Shown: positions 24,072 to 28,480 of the stretch, piece after piece
Layout of the letters: the number at the start of each line of letters is the position of its first letter
How positions within the stretch are numbered: position 1 is the stretch's first letter
Source: a virus
Lineage: Duplodnaviria > Caudoviricetes
Reading direction: 5' to 3' (one strand)
DNA: 28,480 bases
IMG/VR virus record: IMGVR_UViG_3300005573_000240
Span: 1-28,480 of that record
Made by a program: the position numbers and the translations under genes
Notes under the pieces: generated by a model
Told to the model about the DNA's origin: nothing
Seen by the model: only the letters and a program-made list of their open reading frames with translations
Database searches by the model: none

Positions 24072-24559
24072 CTATCCTCCTCAAATTTATAGACCACCAC
24101 GAACGTCGGCTCGCAATGGATCTCTCGCTCCGTATCGTTGAGCCAGACCGCGACGCGCACAACGAGTTGATGATCAGCCTCCAGTAGGCCGCCCGCCGAT
24201 ACATCGTGATCGAATGCCGCCCGGGATGGCTGTCCACCAGTAGCGACCTGGACGTAGAGCATCGTGTTGTCGGCGGCTGGCCAGACGCGCGATGAGCCTT
24301 CGCGCGCTGTGGTCATCAGACCAAAGAGCGCACCGGCGAACTTGCCCGGCTCGACCTTCCCCTTCGGCCAAACCAGAAAATCGCCGTATACCCTGAGAAT
24401 CCGCACGCGATAGCCCGCCGGCGGATTGAAGCGCATTTTCCACTCTGCTACGCCTGCACGGCCCCAGGTATCGGGTCGTGTGTCTGGTTCTCCGAGGATG
24501 TCAGCGCTGAAATTGGTCGCAGCCGAAAGCACCGAGGCAGCTAGCAGTATGCCGATCAC
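24056..24559 (-). CDS. Hypothetical beta-rich protein with a signal-peptide-like N-terminus
   Basis: 167 aa, MIGILLAASVLSAA start, GTGA-coupled to the tail-tip gene. Confidence 0.65.
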   Translation of the reverse strand: MIGILLAASVLSAATNFSADILGEPDTRPDTWGRAGVAEWKMRFNPPAGYRVRILRVYGDFLVWPKGKVEPGKFAGALFGLMTTAREGSSRVWPAADNTMLYVQVATGGQPSRAAFDHDVSAGGLLEADHQLVVRVAVWLNDTEREIHCEPTFVVVYKFEEDRCPGQ

Positions 24560-27500
24560 GTCACCCCCGTCAGCACGCCACGCCGGAAGGTCATCGTGCC
24601 AGAGCCGCCGCCGGGCTTAGCATAATCCACCGTAGTCGTGAGCCCGGCGTAGCCATCGACGACTAGGCCGGTATTGACCAAGCGCAACTCCGACGTGCTG
24701 TAGCGGTCGATATAGATCTGCACGTATCGAGCTAGGTCACTGATGCCGACATAGCCCTCCGCATAGCTTGACGACTCGTCCACTGACAGACGCGCGGCCT
24801 TGAAAGCGCCTCCCGAGATCAACACGTACGCCGAAGATGAGGATCGCGCCATCGAGACGCTAGGAGGCAAAAGGCCATAGTATCCACCGAGATAGACGCC
24901 CGTCGTGGTAATTCGGACCTCATTGGCGGGACTCGATGGCTCGAATACGCGGAATGGATAGCTGTCGTTCGGGTCCAGCTGCACCTGGATGCTCGAGTTC
25001 GCCACCTTCAGCGTGACGTTGCCCGCGGAATTGGTATACAGCGGCGCGTCGGAAGGCCCCGACCCGCCGACCCACAGGCTCTTGAGCCATCCTCCGCTGT
25101 ACCCACCTTCCGTACCAATCCAGCCTATTTGCTGCGACGACCCGTTACGGACGATGATCTCCCCGACCATGCCCGGGCCGCCGACGTTCAGCGACCCGGT
25201 GTTGACCTTGCTCGCACTCAGGTTGGCGATCTTGGCGTCATCGACAGCCAAGTTCGCGATCTTGGCGTTTGTGACGGCAAGATCGGCGATCTTAGCCGTG
25301 TCCACCGCCAGACTTGCGATCTTGGCATTGGTCACGGCAAGATCCTGTATATGCGCCGTGCCTACTGCCAGGGCCGCAATAGCGGCGCTCCCTACAGCGG
25401 CGTTAGCTATCTTGGTGGCTGTGACCGACGAGTCCGCCAACTTCGCGGCCTCGACCGCTAAATCAGCCAACTTCTGGGCTGTCACCGCACCCGCAGCGAT
25501 TTTCAGCTCGGAGATTGCGCCGTTGATGATCTTGTTCTCAGTGATGGCCCCATCTTCGATCTGTGCCGTCTTGATTCGACCAGTGATGCGGTCCGCTTTC
25601 AGGCCTCCGGTGGTGGGCGACGAGGTTAGCCACTCAGATGGGTTGGTCGGATACCGCGGCGCTTGATCAATCGGCGTCTCGTGGTTGTTCGCGTCGTAGG
25701 AGCAGTAGCGCAGTTCCCAGTCGTGATACTCGGTGAGCGGCCATCCCTCGGTTTTCCATTCAGTCACGCCGCCGCGCGCGATGATCGCAAGAGCAGCGCT
25801 CGTGAACCATGAGCCATCTGGGCGCTGATACCGAGCATAGATCGTGCAGCCCGCATAAGACGGGTCATCTTGTGGCTCGGTAAAATCGCCTCCGAAGCCG
25901 TAGACACTTATGCCGTCCTCGTTTTGCCCCTGCCATAGGTAACCGGAGACGTCGGTCACTGGTGCTACGGCGTCCGGCGCGGAGACCGTCCAGCGTACGT
26001 AGGGCGTGACGTACGGGACTCCACTGACGTACTTTTCCGGGACTGAGTTGCTTTGCCCGTCGACGTCGACGCCTACGAGCCAGGCCGTCCAGGTCATCGT
26101 CTGGTCTGGGACGAGCATCCAGTCAGACGTCCATCGCTGCACGCCTGCAGCGACGCGCCAGCGCGCATGATTGCCGGTGACGTCAGCAAACGGAAACTCC
26201 AGCACCATGTCGACGCCTGCAAAGCGATCAAAACGGGCCTTGTTCTGCTCGTAAATTGGATCGGTCCACGTGATCGTCACGCGCCAATACCACTGCGCAT
26301 TGCGCCATTCGCGCTCGACCTGAGCTACAGTCGGGTTCGTCGGATTGGGCGCATACTCCTCGTACTTCGCGAACGCCGTGGTAGGCGAAACGTCGATGAC
26401 GACGTTCGGCGTCGGGGATGCCTGCCCGTACGGTACGAGCTCAGGCTCGATCAGATTCGAATAGCTAACCAGGTAGACGCGCCACTGCTGCGCCTCCTGT
26501 GGAGCCTCGATGTAATCGAGCCGCAGCCGCACCGTCGTTCCGCCCTGATAGGCAAACCGCCCGCGATCAATCAGCGGCACGTCCGGGTGCGCGCGAATCT
26601 GGCCCGCGATCATCTGCCCGGCTACAGCTTCTTGGCCAGTGCGCGCCGGGACCTCGACGAAGACATGGACGCCGGCGAAGTCATTGAGCGGTGAAGGCGG
26701 CTGATAGGTTACCTCGATGGCGACGCCGAGAGGCGTATAGACCGGAACCGCAGACGTGATCGTCACGGGATTCGGAGGCCCTGGTATCGCCGCTCCTCCA
26801 ACCTGTGGGATGTGCAGCGTGACGTGCGGGCTGTTCACCTTGTCGAGCGGCACGTCATAGGCTCGCGACGCAGGGCAGACGTACACCACCCAATCCTCAT
26901 CTGCGCCGAGAGGACCCGGGGCCGTCACCGTGCATTGGCCGTACCTGGCGGGTCTTGGGTCTGATGGATTGCCGAGGTAGCCGAAGCGCCCTAGGTAGCG
27001 CTCTTTGCCATCGGCCGGCACGATGTAGACGTTGACCGCGGCGAACACGCCGATCGGGTCTGGAGGATCGTAGGTGATTTGGATCGTCGTGTCGAGGTCT
27101 GTCTGGGAGACCTGCGTCAGGAATGGCTGGCCGTTGATCGGCACGACGTCGCTAGGAACGAGAGTCTGAGGCTCTTCCTCCGCTGGCGGCGGGGCAGGCA
27201 CGTCCGCAGGCTTGGGGCCGAGGAGCACGTCGTACATCGAGTCAGTGGTCGTGCGAGCCTGGATATCGATCGAATAGTCATTGTTAAGCCGCCACCCGGT
27301 GACGCGGAACTCACCTGTGCCGCCGGGCATGTCGGGATGCGTCATCGAGCAGACCATGCCAGGCTCAGTGTTGAGCGCGAGGACGGTCGTCTTGAAGGCG
27401 ATCTGCCGCGCAGCTTTCCACTCCTCTGCTGTGGTGCCGCCGAGCTCCTCGCGCAGGCGCGTTGTGATGATGCGCGCCGCCTGGGACTTCGAGGCCGTGC

Positions 27501-28480
27501 CGGAAAGGTTGACGGTGGACTTCAGGTATAGCGGTCCAGCACCGCCGCCCAGCAGCTCGGCATGGTCCGCGTCGTAGAGGGAGATCGAGTTGTTCACGAA
27601 CTCGAAATCCTCGTCTGCGAAGTTGGCGGTGAGGTGGTTGAACGAGGGCTTCAGTGGCGCGAGCTGGAGGCTGCCGAACAGGATGTTGCCCTCGGTGAAA
27701 GCCTCCACCGCCGAGGAGTTCACGCGCACGCCGAGTTTCAGCTTGCCATTGGCGAAGGTGTAGTAGCCCAGGCAGTTCATGAGCACTTCCTGGAGCCAGT
27801 CGCGCAGCGGTTTCTCCTCCTGTAGGATGCCGCGGAACTTGAACTGGGCCTCGTAGCCAGAGCCGACGAGCTTCGGAACTTGCTCGTCGCAGATCGCAGC
27901 GGCGGCTACGGCTGCATCGATGTCGAAGAGTGTCTCGGCATAGCCGAGTTGCTCGGGCGTCGCATTTGCGCCCATCCGGATGCCACGCGCCCGCAGGAGC
28001 ATGTTCACGGCGATCCAGATGGGATTGGTGAGCGCGGGTTGCCAGTAGCGGCTGCCGGGGGCGCTCCACACCCATCCGCCGAGACCGTGGGCGACGATGA
28101 CTTGCATCTCGTGCTCAGACAGCTTCGAGAGTTGCAGGCCCTTGGCGTCCGAGCGGCGGAGCATGACGAAGGCCGTGCCAGCGGCCCGTTCGGTAATCAC
28201 GGGCGCGTCGGTGTCGAAGCCGAAGGGCGTGGGGTTGGGGTCGGGGCCGAGGTTTTCGAGTAGGCCGAGCGAGCCGGGATAGCCATGATGATATTGCCCA
28301 TCAAGTTTATGCCCTGTGCCGTAGGCACCGAGCGGTCCCTCGCCGACGATACCGACCGCGGCATAGAAGTCGCTCTCATCCCGGCCCATGGCGATCTTGG
28401 CGTTCACGGGCATGGCCGAGTCCGTGTAGATCTCAGGCACTACTTGGTCGTAGATCGAGTCCGCCACGAGCGAGACGGAG
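24556..28480 (-). CDS. Tail tip / host-specificity protein (gpJ-like central fibre), 5' partial
   Basis: More than 1303 aa and open to the window edge; TNPIWIAVNML and FKFRGIL...LRDWLQEVL tail-tip motifs, Pro-rich FN3-like modules, 10-aa AVTxAKIAxL repeats. Confidence 0.85.
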   Translation of the reverse strand, partial: SVSLVADSIYDQVVPEIYTDSAMPVNAKIAMGRDESDFYAAVGIVGEGPLGAYGTGHKLDGQYHHGYPGSLGLLENLGPDPNPTPFGFDTDAPVITERAAGTAFVMLRRSDAKGLQLSKLSEHEMQVIVAHGLGGWVWSAPGSRYWQPALTNPIWIAVNMLLRARGIRMGANATPEQLGYAETLFDIDAAVAAAAICDEQVPKLVGSGYEAQFKFRGILQEEKPLRDWLQEVLMNCLGYYTFANGKLKLGVRVNSSAVEAFTEGNILFGSLQLAPLKPSFNHLTANFADEDFEFVNNSISLYDADHAELLGGGAGPLYLKSTVNLSGTASKSQAARIITTRLREELGGTTAEEWKAARQIAFKTTVLALNTEPGMVCSMTHPDMPGGTGEFRVTGWRLNNDYSIDIQARTTTDSMYDVLLGPKPADVPAPPPAEEEPQTLVPSDVVPINGQPFLTQVSQTDLDTTIQITYDPPDPIGVFAAVNVYIVPADGKERYLGRFGYLGNPSDPRPARYGQCTVTAPGPLGADEDWVVYVCPASRAYDVPLDKVNSPHVTLHIPQVGGAAIPGPPNPVTITSAVPVYTPLGVAIEVTYQPPSPLNDFAGVHVFVEVPARTGQEAVAGQMIAGQIRAHPDVPLIDRGRFAYQGGTTVRLRLDYIEAPQEAQQWRVYLVSYSNLIEPELVPYGQASPTPNVVIDVSPTTAFAKYEEYAPNPTNPTVAQVEREWRNAQWYWRVTITWTDPIYEQNKARFDRFAGVDMVLEFPFADVTGNHARWRVAAGVQRWTSDWMLVPDQTMTWTAWLVGVDVDGQSNSVPEKYVSGVPYVTPYVRWTVSAPDAVAPVTDVSGYLWQGQNEDGISVYGFGGDFTEPQDDPSYAGCTIYARYQRPDGSWFTSAALAIIARGGVTEWKTEGWPLTEYHDWELRYCSYDANNHETPIDQAPRYPTNPSEWLTSSPTTGGLKADRITGRIKTAQIEDGAITENKIINGAISELKIAAGAVTAQKLADLAVEAAKLADSSVTATKIANAAVGSAAIAALAVGTAHIQDLAVTNAKIASLAVDTAKIADLAVTNAKIANLAVDDAKIANLSASKVNTGSLNVGGPGMVGEIIVRNGSSQQIGWIGTEGGYSGGWLKSLWVGGSGPSDAPLYTNSAGNVTLKVANSSIQVQLDPNDSYPFRVFEPSSPANEVRITTTGVYLGGYYGLLPPSVSMARSSSSAYVLISGGAFKAARLSVDESSSYAEGYVGISDLARYVQIYIDRYSTSELRLVNTGLVVDGYAGLTTTVDYAKPGGGSGTMTFRRGVLTGVT
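25200..25570 (-). repeat. 30-bp (10-aa) coding tandem repeats in the tail protein
   Basis: LAVTNAKIAS / LAVDTAKIAD / LAVTNAKIAN / LAVDDAKIAN and similar, roughly a dozen degenerate units. Confidence 0.85.

Noticed and set aside
25200-25570. Tail-gene repeats as a diversity-generating retroelement TR/VR pair
   Set aside because: They are ordinary coding decapeptide repeats; no reverse transcriptase or adenine-specific repeat pair was seen.
1-28480. Lysis cassette, cas1/cas2/cas6, CI repressor and host taxonomy
   Set aside because: None could be recognised in this window. They may lie in the unseen part of the genome, and the host cannot be assigned without a search.

Overview
About 28.5 kb of a temperate, lambda-like (cos-packaging) bacteriophage, apparently in its excised, circular or unintegrated form. 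An intact attP (3' half of tRNA-Val(GAC) flanked by arm-type repeats) lies mid-window, head genes run off the left edge and tail genes enter from the right edge. The minus strand carries a long, tightly coupled early operon: cro-like HTH, YqaJ exonuclease, RecT, small ORFs, then an array-less type IV-B CRISPR-Cas effector module with an IbrA/IbrB (CysH/PAPS-reductase + ParB-like) pair inserted inside it (csf1-cas11-csf2-ibrA-ibrB-csf3), then DUF5131, VRR-NUC and integrase. After attP come an iteron-bearing replication initiator, a sigma-like regulator, a cosQ-like site, terminase, portal, protease-capsid fusion and neck genes. A divergent plus-strand accessory operon holds a type I hammerhead ribozyme, RHH regulators and an AcrIII-1 (DUF1874) ring-nuclease homologue whose catalytic His appears replaced by Tyr. 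All family assignments come from motif recognition by eye; no database searches were run.
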